In this document: positions 10,056-19,813 of the stretch, piece by piece
Layout: every line of letters begins with the position of its first letter
How positions within the stretch are numbered: the first letter of the stretch is position 1
Assembly: GCA_942491955.1 (NCBI GenBank)
Contig: CALOCV010000027.1
Span: 250 to 64,249 of the forward strand
DNA from: Parachlamydiales bacterium
GTDB lineage: Bacteria; Chlamydiota; Chlamydiia; Chlamydiales; CALOCV01
DNA: 64,000 nucleotides
Direction: 5' to 3'
Program-made: the position numbers and the translations under genes
The notes under the pieces: generated by a model
What the model saw: the letters and a program-made list of their open reading frames with translations, nothing else
Databases searched by the model: none
Told to the model about the DNA's origin: nothing

Positions 10056-11912
10056 TTACAACTGGAGATCAAGAAATAGATTCTTATCGTTTAAAAAGTG
10101 CAGAATAATTTTTGCTCGCTCCTTATGCCATTCTGGAACTGTTTTGCTAGCTTCGATGTATTCTTTAAATATTTTCTTAAAGGCCTCCGTATCCATGATG
10201 CTCCGCACAAAGGTTTCATATTCAGTAAATGCCTTTTCTGCTTCGTCTCTTTCATTGTTTAGCAAATGAGCAAAAAATCTAAAATGGAATCGAGTAAGAG
10301 CGATTAACTCAAATGGGTGAAGCGGTTCTTTGCTATAATGAATGCTAGACATCATGCGAGAAACAAAAACACCTAATCCCACACTCACCAAGCTCCCCAA
10401 CCATTTACTCATGTCCACTACCGTTTGGACGACTTGTTGAGAGCCTGTTTGTTGTGTCAACATAACTACTTTTTCCACTTTTAGGGTTTCGTAAAATACC
10501 CTAGCACTTTCCCTTGCCATCGTCGCCATTACTTCTATTTTTTCCTTCTCCAGAGCCCCTTTCCCTTGCAATTCACTTATATGCTTAACGCACCCACTCG
10601 CCATTTTCATAGAACCTTCCATTACCATTTCTTGTACCTTCTTCACTGAGCCTTCTCCTATCATTTTTGGTACATTCTTAGGATTCTGAATAATTCCACT
10701 AAAACTGTATACGAGAATACCAGCAGCAACAGCCGATCCTCCTGCCAGAAGAAATGTCGTGCCCCACCCATCAGGGTTGTAGCCTATTTCGGCAGATAAG
10801 AGTTGTTCGGCAATTTTTTCAATAAAATTCTTACATTCCTCAGGATCATCCAGGGCAAGTCTTGCTAATTGCTCGTTAAATTGCTGGAAATGTTTTTCCT
10901 TTTTGGGAGAATTTGCGTGATGAGTAAGATAGCGAAACCATGCATACTGAATCGATAAACCAGCTCCAGTCGCAAAAAAGACTCGAGTTGGCAACTTGGG
11001 AAAAAGAGCTTTAAAAAAACTAGGTTCTGTTAAAAAATTAAGTTTCTGTACAGTCTCATAGCCCTGTCCTGGCTGTATTTGAGAAGCGCGCCTTCTTGAT
11101 CGCCCTGTGTTTTGATAATTGGGATCGGTTTCATAATCTCTATTCCCTCGTATCAATATTCCTATCACTTTTTTATGAACTCGATGATAAACAGGTGACC
11201 CGGAATTACCACTAAAGGCGTCTACGTTCGTTTCAAAATGGCAAGAGTCCTCCCCCTTAATTTCTGCATTTTCCACAAATTTCAATGGTAGCCCAGAAGG
11301 GTGTCCCAACATATACAAAGGTGTTGCTAGCGGTAATGTTTTAACGGGAAGAAGGGGAAGCGGTTTTCTTCCTTTCACCTTCCTATCCAATTTGATTAAG
11401 GCCCAATCGTTGCCCTGATCGGAAAAAAAGTGGGCAACGACTTTTTTGATCGTATATACACTATCTTCCCCAAAAGATACCGTTGTTTGATCTGGTTGAT
11501 TCTGTTGGAAATCAAAAATCACCTTTGTGTTCTTGATTCGCTGTTGATGTAATTGATTCACCCCCTCTTCACATACACAATGGCCGGCTGTTAACATCCA
11601 GCGGTCTGTGACTAAAAAAGCCGTTCCCCATCCTGGAACAGGTTCATCGCAAAACGCTTCGTTTTCTCCAAAAGGCATTTTTCTCCCTACCTGTGTTTTT
11701 AAAGTCGGCACCTGTGAAGAAAAATGATAATTTCCGTTCGGACCTTGTTGTAAGCACCCCTTCGAAACCAGACAAGCCACGCTCTTTGCTTGTTCTTGTA
11801 TGGTTTGGGCAAATGCGTGACCCGCTATTTCATGCATATTCTTTCGCTCGTCTACAGCACCGTAAATGGCTTTTGGTACTTGGAGAGAATAGCTTGCGCC
11901 TGATATATCCAT
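10056..11912 (-). CDS. Trypsin-like (V8-type) serine protease with a C-terminal helical/hydrophobic extension
   Basis: Triad motifs TAGHC, DWALIKLD, GNSGSP; no signal peptide; two hydrophobic segments in the C-terminal half. Confidence 0.85.
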   Translation of the reverse strand: MDISGASYSLQVPKAIYGAVDERKNMHEIAGHAFAQTIQEQAKSVACLVSKGCLQQGPNGNYHFSSQVPTLKTQVGRKMPFGENEAFCDEPVPGWGTAFLVTDRWMLTAGHCVCEEGVNQLHQQRIKNTKVIFDFQQNQPDQTTVSFGEDSVYTIKKVVAHFFSDQGNDWALIKLDRKVKGRKPLPLLPVKTLPLATPLYMLGHPSGLPLKFVENAEIKGEDSCHFETNVDAFSGNSGSPVYHRVHKKVIGILIRGNRDYETDPNYQNTGRSRRRASQIQPGQGYETVQKLNFLTEPSFFKALFPKLPTRVFFATGAGLSIQYAWFRYLTHHANSPKKEKHFQQFNEQLARLALDDPEECKNFIEKIAEQLLSAEIGYNPDGWGTTFLLAGGSAVAAGILVYSFSGIIQNPKNVPKMIGEGSVKKVQEMVMEGSMKMASGCVKHISELQGKGALEKEKIEVMATMARESARVFYETLKVEKVVMLTQQTGSQQVVQTVVDMSKWLGSLVSVGLGVFVSRMMSSIHYSKEPLHPFELIALTRFHFRFFAHLLNNERDEAEKAFTEYETFVRSIMDTEAFKKIFKEYIEASKTVPEWHKERAKIILHFLNDKNLFLDLQL

Positions 11913-12173
11913 ATGACACCTTTTGCTTCTTGTCTAAATAAGGGGGATCCCACTATATGTCCTTCGCTGTTTTGTAGGCAAAAGATATTTTATACCAATA
12001 TGACGAAAGGGAAAGAATCGTGGAGATGCATAAATCGATCAAAGCAAATGCCTCGGACGCATCAACTTGGGCAAGCAGTGCGCGGGTCGTTTGTTTACAA
12101 TTTCCAAAGAAAATGAGAGAACTGTTCTTGAATCGGCTCGCATTATTTCCGATGGTGCCGATAATCGTCTATG

Positions 12174-12632
12174 CTACTGCTGTGTGAGTTCTTCGATCGA
12201 TTTTTTCGATCGGTGGGTGACGAACCAGAAGGCCAATCCCACGGATGCAATGATGGCAGCGATGCCGAAGATATGGAGGGGGCTTGTCTGTTGGTAATCG
12301 AGAATAATCACCTTTCTTGCGACTGCTGTTAGTGCGGTAGTTAGTACAAGCGTCACGTAAATTTGATCTTTTTGCAGGTAGAAGATGATATTGAGGAAGA
12401 TTTCGATGGCGATCAATACTGCTAAAAAGTCTCCGAGCGTAGCGATGAGGTATTCTACGCTAAACATCGAAGGGAAAGAGATCTCGATTCTTTGATAAAA
12501 GTGGACAATCACATCGATCAGTGCAAGCCAGATAACGAGTACCATAAAGAAGGCGAGCACTTTAACGCTGAGTATGACGCATTGGTGGAGAAACTCGACA
12601 TATTTGCCTTCATTGCCCTCTTCTTTTTGCAT
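12174..12632 (-). CDS. Phosphate-starvation-inducible PsiE-family membrane protein
   Basis: 152 aa, about 4 TM segments, LIAIEI...ALTAVARKVIILD pattern. Confidence 0.75.
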   Translation of the reverse strand: MQKEEGNEGKYVEFLHQCVILSVKVLAFFMVLVIWLALIDVIVHFYQRIEISFPSMFSVEYLIATLGDFLAVLIAIEIFLNIIFYLQKDQIYVTLVLTTALTAVARKVIILDYQQTSPLHIFGIAAIIASVGLAFWFVTHRSKKSIEELTQQ

Positions 12633-12851
12633 ATTACAACCTCTTTTCCAAGATACTATTTATTGGTATAACATGTTGCTCGTCAGCAAAACAAGTAAAA
12701 AGGAATCGTTCAGATTTTCTGCCTGACAAAATATGACACCAATATTTTGCTCAAAACAAAGAAAATGTTGTTTTGAGCAATTTATTTTGACATCAATTTT
12801 TGCTCATTTTATAATAATATTTGATTTTGAGCAAATATTTATGGTGTAGCA

Positions 12852-14279
12852 TTGCAATTATTTATTGGACGTAAGAAAGAACTCAAACATTTACAAGACC
12901 TGCACAAGAAGCAGACGCCGAGTTTAGTGGTTATCAAAGGGAGGCGAAGGATTGGAAAAAGTCGTCTTATAGAAGAATTTGCTACTCAAAATCCACAACA
13001 TCAACTTTGGAATTTCGTAGGTCTTGCACCGCAAGATGGCATGACTACTCAAAACCAAAGAGATTATTTTGCGAAACAACTTGCTTGGCAATTAAAAATT
13101 CCCCCTTTCTCATTCGACGATTGGAGCGATGCTTTTGAACACCTATCGCTGCATGTCCATCCAGGTGATATTGTTTTATTCGATGAAATTTCTTGGATGG
13201 GTGCTAAAGATCCCAGTTTTATTCCAAAACTAAAAGCTTGGTGGGACAAACAGAAGCTATCGATCATGGTTGTTTTTTGCGGATCGATATCCACTTGGAT
13301 TGAGGAAAATATTTTAAAAAGCACCGCATTTTTTGGAAGAATTCATTTAACAATCACTTTAGAACCGCTCACGATCCCTGAAAGCAGCCATCTATTAAAA
13401 GCAACGAGCTTTCAAGGTTCCACCTACGACATCTATAAACTTTTAAGTATTTTAGGAGGTGTTCCCTGGTATTTAGAACAAATTTCGCCAGTATGCACTG
13501 CTGAAGACAATATTAAACAGCTATGCTTTGAAAAAGACGGTTTACTTGTTTTAGAATTTGAACGCATTTTTCATGACCTTTTCAATGGAAAAGGGGCAAC
13601 ATACAAAAAAATATTGAATACACTTAAAGATGGCATGAAACTACTTGCCGAAATGCGCAAAGCCATTGGTTTTGCGCATAGTGGAACACTTAGTGCTCTG
13701 GTCGAACATCTCATCATAGCAGGTTTTATACAAAAACAAAATTTGTGGTCCTTTAAAACGATGCATCCTCTCAAGCAGAGTTTATATCGCATTTGTGATC
13801 CATATATTCGTTTTTACTTAAAATTAATCGAACCGATGCGCAATAAAATCGATTTAAATGGTTTTAAAAATGCTCCACTCTCACAACTCCCCGGATTTGA
13901 TGCACATATTGGATTACAACTCGAACAATTACTATTACAAAATCGTCCACTATTGTTAGAAGCAATGGGAATTTCAAGCAGCGATATTGTGGCAGATGGC
14001 CCCTATCGACAATCAAAAACAACGATGCAAAAGGGATGTCAAATTGATTACCTCGTGCAAACCCGTACTAAAAATTTATTTCTTTGTGAATTCAAATTGA
14101 AGCGGCGAGAACTAGGTGTGGATATCATTGATCAGATGAAAGAAAAAACAAAGGCTCTTAAGGTACCAAGAGGTTTTGCAACAGTTCCGGTACTCTTTCA
14201 CCTAAGTGGAATTTCTTCCTCTGTTGCAACGGATAGTTATTTCTATCGCATTATTGATATTGCTGATTTTTTGTATTAG
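12852..14279 (+). CDS. AAA ATPase (archaeal-ATPase/DUF234 type) with winged helix and C-terminal nuclease-like domain
   Basis: FIGRKKEL, Walker A GRRRIGKS, Walker B LFDE, C-terminal QIDYLV...LCEFK. Confidence 0.85.
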   Translation: MQLFIGRKKELKHLQDLHKKQTPSLVVIKGRRRIGKSRLIEEFATQNPQHQLWNFVGLAPQDGMTTQNQRDYFAKQLAWQLKIPPFSFDDWSDAFEHLSLHVHPGDIVLFDEISWMGAKDPSFIPKLKAWWDKQKLSIMVVFCGSISTWIEENILKSTAFFGRIHLTITLEPLTIPESSHLLKATSFQGSTYDIYKLLSILGGVPWYLEQISPVCTAEDNIKQLCFEKDGLLVLEFERIFHDLFNGKGATYKKILNTLKDGMKLLAEMRKAIGFAHSGTLSALVEHLIIAGFIQKQNLWSFKTMHPLKQSLYRICDPYIRFYLKLIEPMRNKIDLNGFKNAPLSQLPGFDAHIGLQLEQLLLQNRPLLLEAMGISSSDIVADGPYRQSKTTMQKGCQIDYLVQTRTKNLFLCEFKLKRRELGVDIIDQMKEKTKALKVPRGFATVPVLFHLSGISSSVATDSYFYRIIDIADFLY

Positions 14280-14399
14280 TAACATTTATTAGAAAAAATC
14301 TTGAAAATCTTCAAGGTTATTTCTACCCAACAAGGGTTGTGCCTTTGGCACAAATTGATGACGTTTTTTGGGAGAGACTGGACTCCCCCAAAACTAAAG

Positions 14400-14437
14400 C
14401 GTCATCAACATGCGCAAAATCAAGCGCACGTTTGATG
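14400..14437 (+). repeat. 38-bp hairpin repeat, copy 1
   Basis: CGTCATCAACATGCGC-AAAATCAA-GCGCACGTTTGATG; 36/38 identical to the reverse complement of 24261-24298. Confidence 0.8.
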
Positions 14438-14553
14438 ACTGGGCGTCAATTCATCTGCATCTTTTTCCATAAAATCGATTTTCAATAGAAATTTTTAATT
14501 TAATCTATGCATGGCTTTTTAGTTATTGGTATAACGGTTTATTTACTAAATTA

Positions 14554-14713
14554 TACCAATTCCGGTAAGAAAATGCATAAAGTGGATTCAGGATTTTTTT
14601 GCGAAATTTGTTTTGGAGATCTCAGCAAACTCTTGTGAGTTTGCAAGATAGAAAAATAGATTGCGCAAAGAAAGATGAAGATCAATTTGTGCACTTTCTT
14701 ACCGGAATTGGTA
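14554..14713 (+). mobile_element. MITE family A, copy 2 (160 bp)
   Basis: Perfect TIR TACCAATTCCGGTAAGAAA; TTA at 14551-14553 and 14714-14716. Confidence 0.9.
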
Positions 14714-14844
14714 TTACAACCGCTCGACCGAAGGGAGAGGCGTATCGCGCGAACGGCACGTTCGTGCGAGTGCATTCTTTTGAGAAAGCGGTAGCTTTCT
14801 CAAAAAAAATAACAAGCCTAGCAAGACTGACATCATAAGCCAAA

Positions 14845-14960
14845 GACAAATGCAAGGCAGCGAAGCTGCCGTATAGGGGTCTGGGGAGCCATGCTCCCCA
14901 GCGGGGTGCAGGGGCAGAGCCCCTGCCAGCCCCTGCCAGCCCCTGCCGGAGCCCAGCCTG
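14845..14960 (-). repeat. GC-rich three-hairpin element, full copy, directly after the tatD stop
   Basis: Minus strand: CAGGGGC-TCT-GCCCCTG, CACCCCG, CTGGGGAGC-ATG-GCTCCCCAG, ACCCC, GGCAGC-TTC-GCTGCC, TTGCATTTGTC; preceded by a 10-bp tandem repeat (GGCAGGGGCT) x3. Confidence 0.75.
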
Positions 14961-15737
14961 CTAGATACGGAAAAGCGTTCGTGCATTCGTTGTTGTTGTT
15001 TGGGCGAGTATTTCGAGTGGGACGTTGCGTTCTTGGGCGATGCATTTTGCTGTATGGATGAGGAAAGAGGGTTCGTTGCGTTTACCGCGGTGGGGTATTG
15101 GGGCGAGGTAGGGCGTATCGGTTTCTATTAGGAGTTGATCAAGGGGGACTTCGCGAGCTATTTTGCGAAGTTCTTCACTTTTTTTGAAGGTGACGATTCC
15201 GCTGAGGGAGAGGTACCAGCCTCGTTGGACGACTTCGCGTGCCTCTTCGGGGGTTCCTGTGAAGCAGTGGAGGACGCCGGGTAGGTATTTTCCGTTTGTT
15301 TGGTATTCCTCATCGAGGATGGAGAAGAAGTCGTTGAAGGCATCGCGGCAGTGGATAACGACGGGGAGGTTGAGTTCTTTAGCGAGGTGGAGGTAGCGAC
15401 GGAGGAAGTCGCGTTGGAGGGAGGGGTTGGAGTGGTTGTAGTGGTAATCGAGACCGGTTTCGCCGATGGCTTTAAGGTATTTGTTTCTTGCGGCCTTTTC
15501 GATGATGGGGAAGGCGTTTTCTCCCTCTTTTTCGACGTCATGGGGAGTTGTTGCTGCGGTATTATGGATCCATGGGTGGGCATGGGCTAGCGAGATGCCA
15601 CGTTCGAGGGTTTTTGGTGAGGTGCAGATATTGACAACATCGGTGATACCCGCTTGTTGAGCTCGGGAGAGCAACTCTTCGACTTCGGGGTAGGCGTCAT
15701 CTTCTGTGAGGTGGGCGTGGGAGTCGATCCATTTCAT
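14961..15737 (-). CDS. tatD: TatD-family deoxyribonuclease
   Basis: DSHAH, IGETGLDY, HCR, HCF, IETDTPYLAP. Confidence 0.95.
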   Translation of the reverse strand: MKWIDSHAHLTEDDAYPEVEELLSRAQQAGITDVVNICTSPKTLERGISLAHAHPWIHNTAATTPHDVEKEGENAFPIIEKAARNKYLKAIGETGLDYHYNHSNPSLQRDFLRRYLHLAKELNLPVVIHCRDAFNDFFSILDEEYQTNGKYLPGVLHCFTGTPEEAREVVQRGWYLSLSGIVTFKKSEELRKIAREVPLDQLLIETDTPYLAPIPHRGKRNEPSFLIHTAKCIAQERNVPLEILAQTTTTNARTLFRI

Positions 15738-17872
15738 GAAGGATTTTTTACAGCTTGTATAACGATATCTGGTGTGAGTACTTGAGGCAAAATTTGTGGT
15801 TCTTTGTGATTGGATGTGTAGAGGACATAGAGAGGGATGCTATTGCGTCCATATTGTCGAAGAGCTTCTGTGACGATGGGGTCACGTTTTGTCCAATCGG
15901 CTTTCATCTTAACCACTCCTTTATCTTTGAAAGCTTGTTCCACGGAGGGGGCCGATAGGACTATATGATTGGCTTTGCAAGAGAGGCACCATTCCGCTGT
16001 GAAGTCGATCAAGACGGGCGTTCCTGCCTGGCGGAGTTCTTCGACTTTTTCTGGGGAGAAGGGGGTCCATCCGTGGGAGCGATCGGCTTGGGTGATGATG
16101 CCGTTCTCGGATCCGCCTGCCCATTCATCGGTTGTTGAGGTGTAGGTGAGGTAGCTGCCGGCGAGGAAGAAGAATCCGGTAAAGAGGTAAGCGAGGTTAC
16201 GGGAGAGTTTTTTCGACATGGGTGTGCTGAATTTGCCGTAGATCCAGGAGCCTACAGCGAAAGCAAGGAAGGCGACCATGAGGACGACGACGGCGCTGAG
16301 GTTGGTTTCGGCACCGAAGACCCAGATGAGCCATAGTACGGTTGCGAGGAGTAAGAAACCCATGATTTCTTTGAAGACGACCATCCAGGTGCCTGGCTTG
16401 GGCATGAAGCGGAGGAGTTTTGGGAAGGCGGCCAATAGGAGGTAGGGGAAGGCCATTCCTGCGCCGAGAAAAGTGAAAACGAGCATCGCTTTGGGGGCGG
16501 CGACGGTAAAGGCAAAGCCAACGGCGGTACCTAGGAATGGGCCGGTACATGGGGTAGCGATAGCGGTGGCTAAGACGCCGCTCAAGAAAGAGCTGAGATA
16601 TCCCGTTTGTTTTGCTGAGACTTGGCCTTGACCGGCAATGGATGCAACGGAGGTGCCGAGTTCGAAAACACCAAAAAGGCTTAAGCTGAAGACGAAGAGG
16701 ACTCCAGCAAGGATAGCGACAAAGAGGGGGTCTTGGAGTTGGAAGCCCCAGCCGACAGCGCTTCCGTAGGCTTGGAGGGTGAGCATGACACCAGCAAGGG
16801 TCCAGAAGGAAAGGAGGACACCGAGGGAGAAGAAGAGGCCGTGTTTAAGAGTTAGGGACCGGCTTTGTCCAGACATCTTCATGAAGCTCATCACTTTAAA
16901 GGAGAGAACGGGCAAAACGCAAGGCATGAGATTGAGGAGCATTCCTCCTGCGAAGGCAAGGATGAGGATCCAGGCGAAGCTTTCTTCGGCGACGGAGATG
17001 CCTGCACGATCGATAGTTCCTATGGCATTTTCTTGTTGGAGAAGAGAAGAGATTTCGAGGCTCTTTTGATTCCCTAGGACAAGCACTCCTTTAATTTCTT
17101 CGAGATGGGCTTTATGGGGAAGATCTTTCAGGACGATAGCTGTTTCGTTGGCATCGCTATCGTGATACGTTTCTAAGGTAGCGGCAGTTGGATCGGTAGG
17201 ATCCTCTCCTTCGGGGATGAAGACCACTTCATGGGGTTGTACGAGAGGGAGTCCATTACCGCGTAGGGTAATTCTTCCTTCAGATCGTGTGGCGTGGACG
17301 GCATCATTTTTCTCTGGGAGTTTGGCTCGCATGGTATTGAATGTGGTTTTATGTGCTTCGTGAGGGGTGGGGGTATTGGGAGAGAGGGCGATAGCGAGAT
17401 CGGCATGCGATTCTCCGGGGAGACAATTCGTATCGGAGCAGATGAGCCATCGGATATCGGCACCGATCGTTTCTGCGACACCTAATGGGGCTTCTTTGGG
17501 TGGTGTAAGCTGGGCAAGGAGGAAGGTTTCGCCACTATAACCGTATCCGATAGCGGCATCCGAGGTGAATTTTTCGGGGGTTGGCCAGTAGATGGGACCT
17601 GCTTCCCATCCTTTAGGGAGTTGCCAATCGATGGTGAGGGGCATACCGGTTTCTCCGGGATTTTTCCAATAGGTATGCCAAGATGGGGGGACTTGTATCC
17701 GTACAGCGACCCAGAAGGGGCGACCGGGTTGGGCGGTATTTTCTTCTTGAACAATTTCGATCGGAACAGATGTTTCGTTAGCGGTATTGGCGGAGAGAGG
17801 CAGGGTTGCCACGATGCCGATGAATAAAAAGGCGCAAAGAGTTAATGAAATCCATTGTTGAATTGAACGCAT
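15734..17872 (-). CDS. dsbD: Thiol:disulfide interchange protein DsbD
   Basis: WHTYWKNPG N-domain, LNLMPCVLPV and ATPCTGP TM cysteines, C-terminal thioredoxin WCLSC. Confidence 0.9.
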   Translation of the reverse strand: MRSIQQWISLTLCAFLFIGIVATLPLSANTANETSVPIEIVQEENTAQPGRPFWVAVRIQVPPSWHTYWKNPGETGMPLTIDWQLPKGWEAGPIYWPTPEKFTSDAAIGYGYSGETFLLAQLTPPKEAPLGVAETIGADIRWLICSDTNCLPGESHADLAIALSPNTPTPHEAHKTTFNTMRAKLPEKNDAVHATRSEGRITLRGNGLPLVQPHEVVFIPEGEDPTDPTAATLETYHDSDANETAIVLKDLPHKAHLEEIKGVLVLGNQKSLEISSLLQQENAIGTIDRAGISVAEESFAWILILAFAGGMLLNLMPCVLPVLSFKVMSFMKMSGQSRSLTLKHGLFFSLGVLLSFWTLAGVMLTLQAYGSAVGWGFQLQDPLFVAILAGVLFVFSLSLFGVFELGTSVASIAGQGQVSAKQTGYLSSFLSGVLATAIATPCTGPFLGTAVGFAFTVAAPKAMLVFTFLGAGMAFPYLLLAAFPKLLRFMPKPGTWMVVFKEIMGFLLLATVLWLIWVFGAETNLSAVVVLMVAFLAFAVGSWIYGKFSTPMSKKLSRNLAYLFTGFFFLAGSYLTYTSTTDEWAGGSENGIITQADRSHGWTPFSPEKVEELRQAGTPVLIDFTAEWCLSCKANHIVLSAPSVEQAFKDKGVVKMKADWTKRDPIVTEALRQYGRNSIPLYVLYTSNHKEPQILPQVLTPDIVIQAVKNPS

Positions 17873-17960
17873 TTTTTCTCCTTCTCTTGACGAAGCACTA
17901 GCTAAAACGATATCCTTTTCATTTTCAACGAAAAGTTGTCATATTATAAAGGTTTTTATA

Positions 17961-18707
17961 ATGTTTGTAAAGGGCGTTTTTTTCGCAAGCCACCCGCTTT
18001 TTTCTGCCTATTTCCAGTCGGATTCTCTAGGAAAAGGAATTTTTCTTCTTCTTTTTGTCCTTTCCATACTCACCTGGTCATTATGTGTATATAAATTTTT
18101 CCTTACAAAAAGGCTGAAAAAGCGTTCGATGCATTTTCAGGAAATTTTTCTACAAGAGAGGGGGCACCCTCTTTCCGTTGAATGGGTCTTAGCGCCGAAG
18201 GAGCTTACTCAGAATCCTTTTTACCACCTCTACATGGTTTTACGGAAGCAGACTCGCGAACTTTTGCAAAAAAACCACCATTTTTCTAAAAAAGCGGGTT
18301 TGGAACACGACGCGATGCTCAATCCCGATGACATTGCCTATGTCGAAAGCCATCTAGTGAATACGGTACAATGGCACACTCGAAGACTTGAAAAAAACCT
18401 ATTTCTTCTTTCCACTGTTGTCACTCTCGCCCCTTTTTTAGGATTATTGGGAACCGTGTGGGGGATTTTTTGTACCTTTAGTGCGATGCAGGGTGGCAGT
18501 ATGGCTTCCCAGGGGAGCCAGGCCATTCTTTCTGGACTTTCTCTAGCGCTAGCGACCACTATTTTTGGTTTGATTGATGCCATTCCCGCGCTCATTGGAT
18601 ATAATTATCTACGCAATGCCATTGGTTCTTTTGGCAAGGAGATGGAGCACTTCTCTCATGAGGTGTTATCGGCTGTGGAATTACAATACCGTCGTGTAGA
18701 TCTGTGA
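17961..18707 (+). CDS. exbB: MotA/TolQ/ExbB proton channel protein
   Basis: APFLGLLGTVWGI...ALATTIFGL..AIPA. Confidence 0.9.
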   Translation: MFVKGVFFASHPLFSAYFQSDSLGKGIFLLLFVLSILTWSLCVYKFFLTKRLKKRSMHFQEIFLQERGHPLSVEWVLAPKELTQNPFYHLYMVLRKQTRELLQKNHHFSKKAGLEHDAMLNPDDIAYVESHLVNTVQWHTRRLEKNLFLLSTVVTLAPFLGLLGTVWGIFCTFSAMQGGSMASQGSQAILSGLSLALATTIFGLIDAIPALIGYNYLRNAIGSFGKEMEHFSHEVLSAVELQYRRVDL

Positions 18708-19129
18708 TGTCTCGTCTTCGTCTATCGCCTCCCCCTACTAGTGAAGATCCACTGATCAATTTAACCCCATTGATCGATGTTGTTTTTGTGATTCTCATTG
18801 CCTTTATCCTCATTGCCCCCTTGCTTCAAGTGGACAATGTCTCTTTATCCAGTGGAAAAGCGCAGAATAGTGAAGTAGCTACGCCAGCGGAGAGCCCGAT
18901 TGTCATCATGCTAACAGCTGACGCCACCCTTTTATGGAATCGACAACCCATTGCCATCCATGACCTACCCCGTTTCATGCAGCAGGCACGTCTGGAGCAC
19001 CCAGAAGCCATCCCTCAGGTTTTTCCCGATCAAAAAGCTCCCTTTGGTATGTACCAGTTGATCAAGAATAGTGCTGAAGAGGCGGGTTTTTCGGAGATTC
19101 ATGTTCTTTTGCAGCCAGGAAAAGAGTAA
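18704..19129 (+). CDS. exbD: ExbD/TolR biopolymer transport protein
   Basis: INLTPLIDVVFVILIAFIL; overlaps the exbB stop. Confidence 0.9.
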   Translation: MMSRLRLSPPPTSEDPLINLTPLIDVVFVILIAFILIAPLLQVDNVSLSSGKAQNSEVATPAESPIVIMLTADATLLWNRQPIAIHDLPRFMQQARLEHPEAIPQVFPDQKAPFGMYQLIKNSAEEAGFSEIHVLLQPGKE

Positions 19130-19132
19130 TCC

Positions 19133-19813
19133 ATGGAGAAGTCGTTTTCCTCGCTCTTCTTCATGGTTATTGTTTTCCATCTTCTTTTCCTTTTCTTTCT
19201 TTGGTACACCCCTTCTTCCCCCTCTGTTTTACCTGATTCTACTCCTTTGATTGTCCAAACCATCGCTTTACAGGAATCTAAACCAAAGCCACCTGTTCCT
19301 CCATCTACCCCTCATAAAGAACGGCCTTTTCCGCCCAAGAAGGAAAAAGCCATTGAAAAAAGAGAACCGGCGCCACAAAAAAAGCCTCTTAGGGAAGAAA
19401 GTCCTACTAAGCCTATTCAAAAAAAGAAATCGGCAAAAGAGGCGTTGCAGAAAGCAAAAAAACAACTCCCTGCATCATCTTCATCCCAAGCCATTGCCAC
19501 ATCCTCCAACGAGGATTTATCCACCCCTACTCTCTCTTCTTCCCTTTCTTCTCACTCCTCAGAAGAAAAAAACTATCGCTCCCTTATTGCCGAACAAATG
19601 CGTCTCTTCTTACGTCTTCCTGAGGAGGAAGAGGTTCGTCTCACCATCACTCTATCTCGTGAAGGCACCATCCATAACATCGATATCCTCTCTTCAAAAA
19701 GCCCTCTCAATCGACAAAAAATCACAGACAAACTCCATACCCTCCACTTTCCTCCTTTTGACAATCTCTTCCCTGACGAAGAGGTGCACACCTTCTCCAT
19801 TTGCTTGTATTAG
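19133..19813 (+). CDS. TolA/TonB-like protein
   Basis: N-terminal TM anchor, Pro/Lys-rich linker, TonB-C-like end; directly follows exbBD. Confidence 0.7.
   Translation: MEKSFSSLFFMVIVFHLLFLFFLWYTPSSPSVLPDSTPLIVQTIALQESKPKPPVPPSTPHKERPFPPKKEKAIEKREPAPQKKPLREESPTKPIQKKKSAKEALQKAKKQLPASSSSQAIATSSNEDLSTPTLSSSLSSHSSEEKNYRSLIAEQMRLFLRLPEEEEVRLTITLSREGTIHNIDILSSKSPLNRQKITDKLHTLHFPPFDNLFPDEEVHTFSICLY

Noticed and set aside
14345-14362. Sigma-54 promoter candidates beginning TGGCAC (also ~51180, ~54363)
   Set aside because: None has GC at the required GG-N10-GC spacing.
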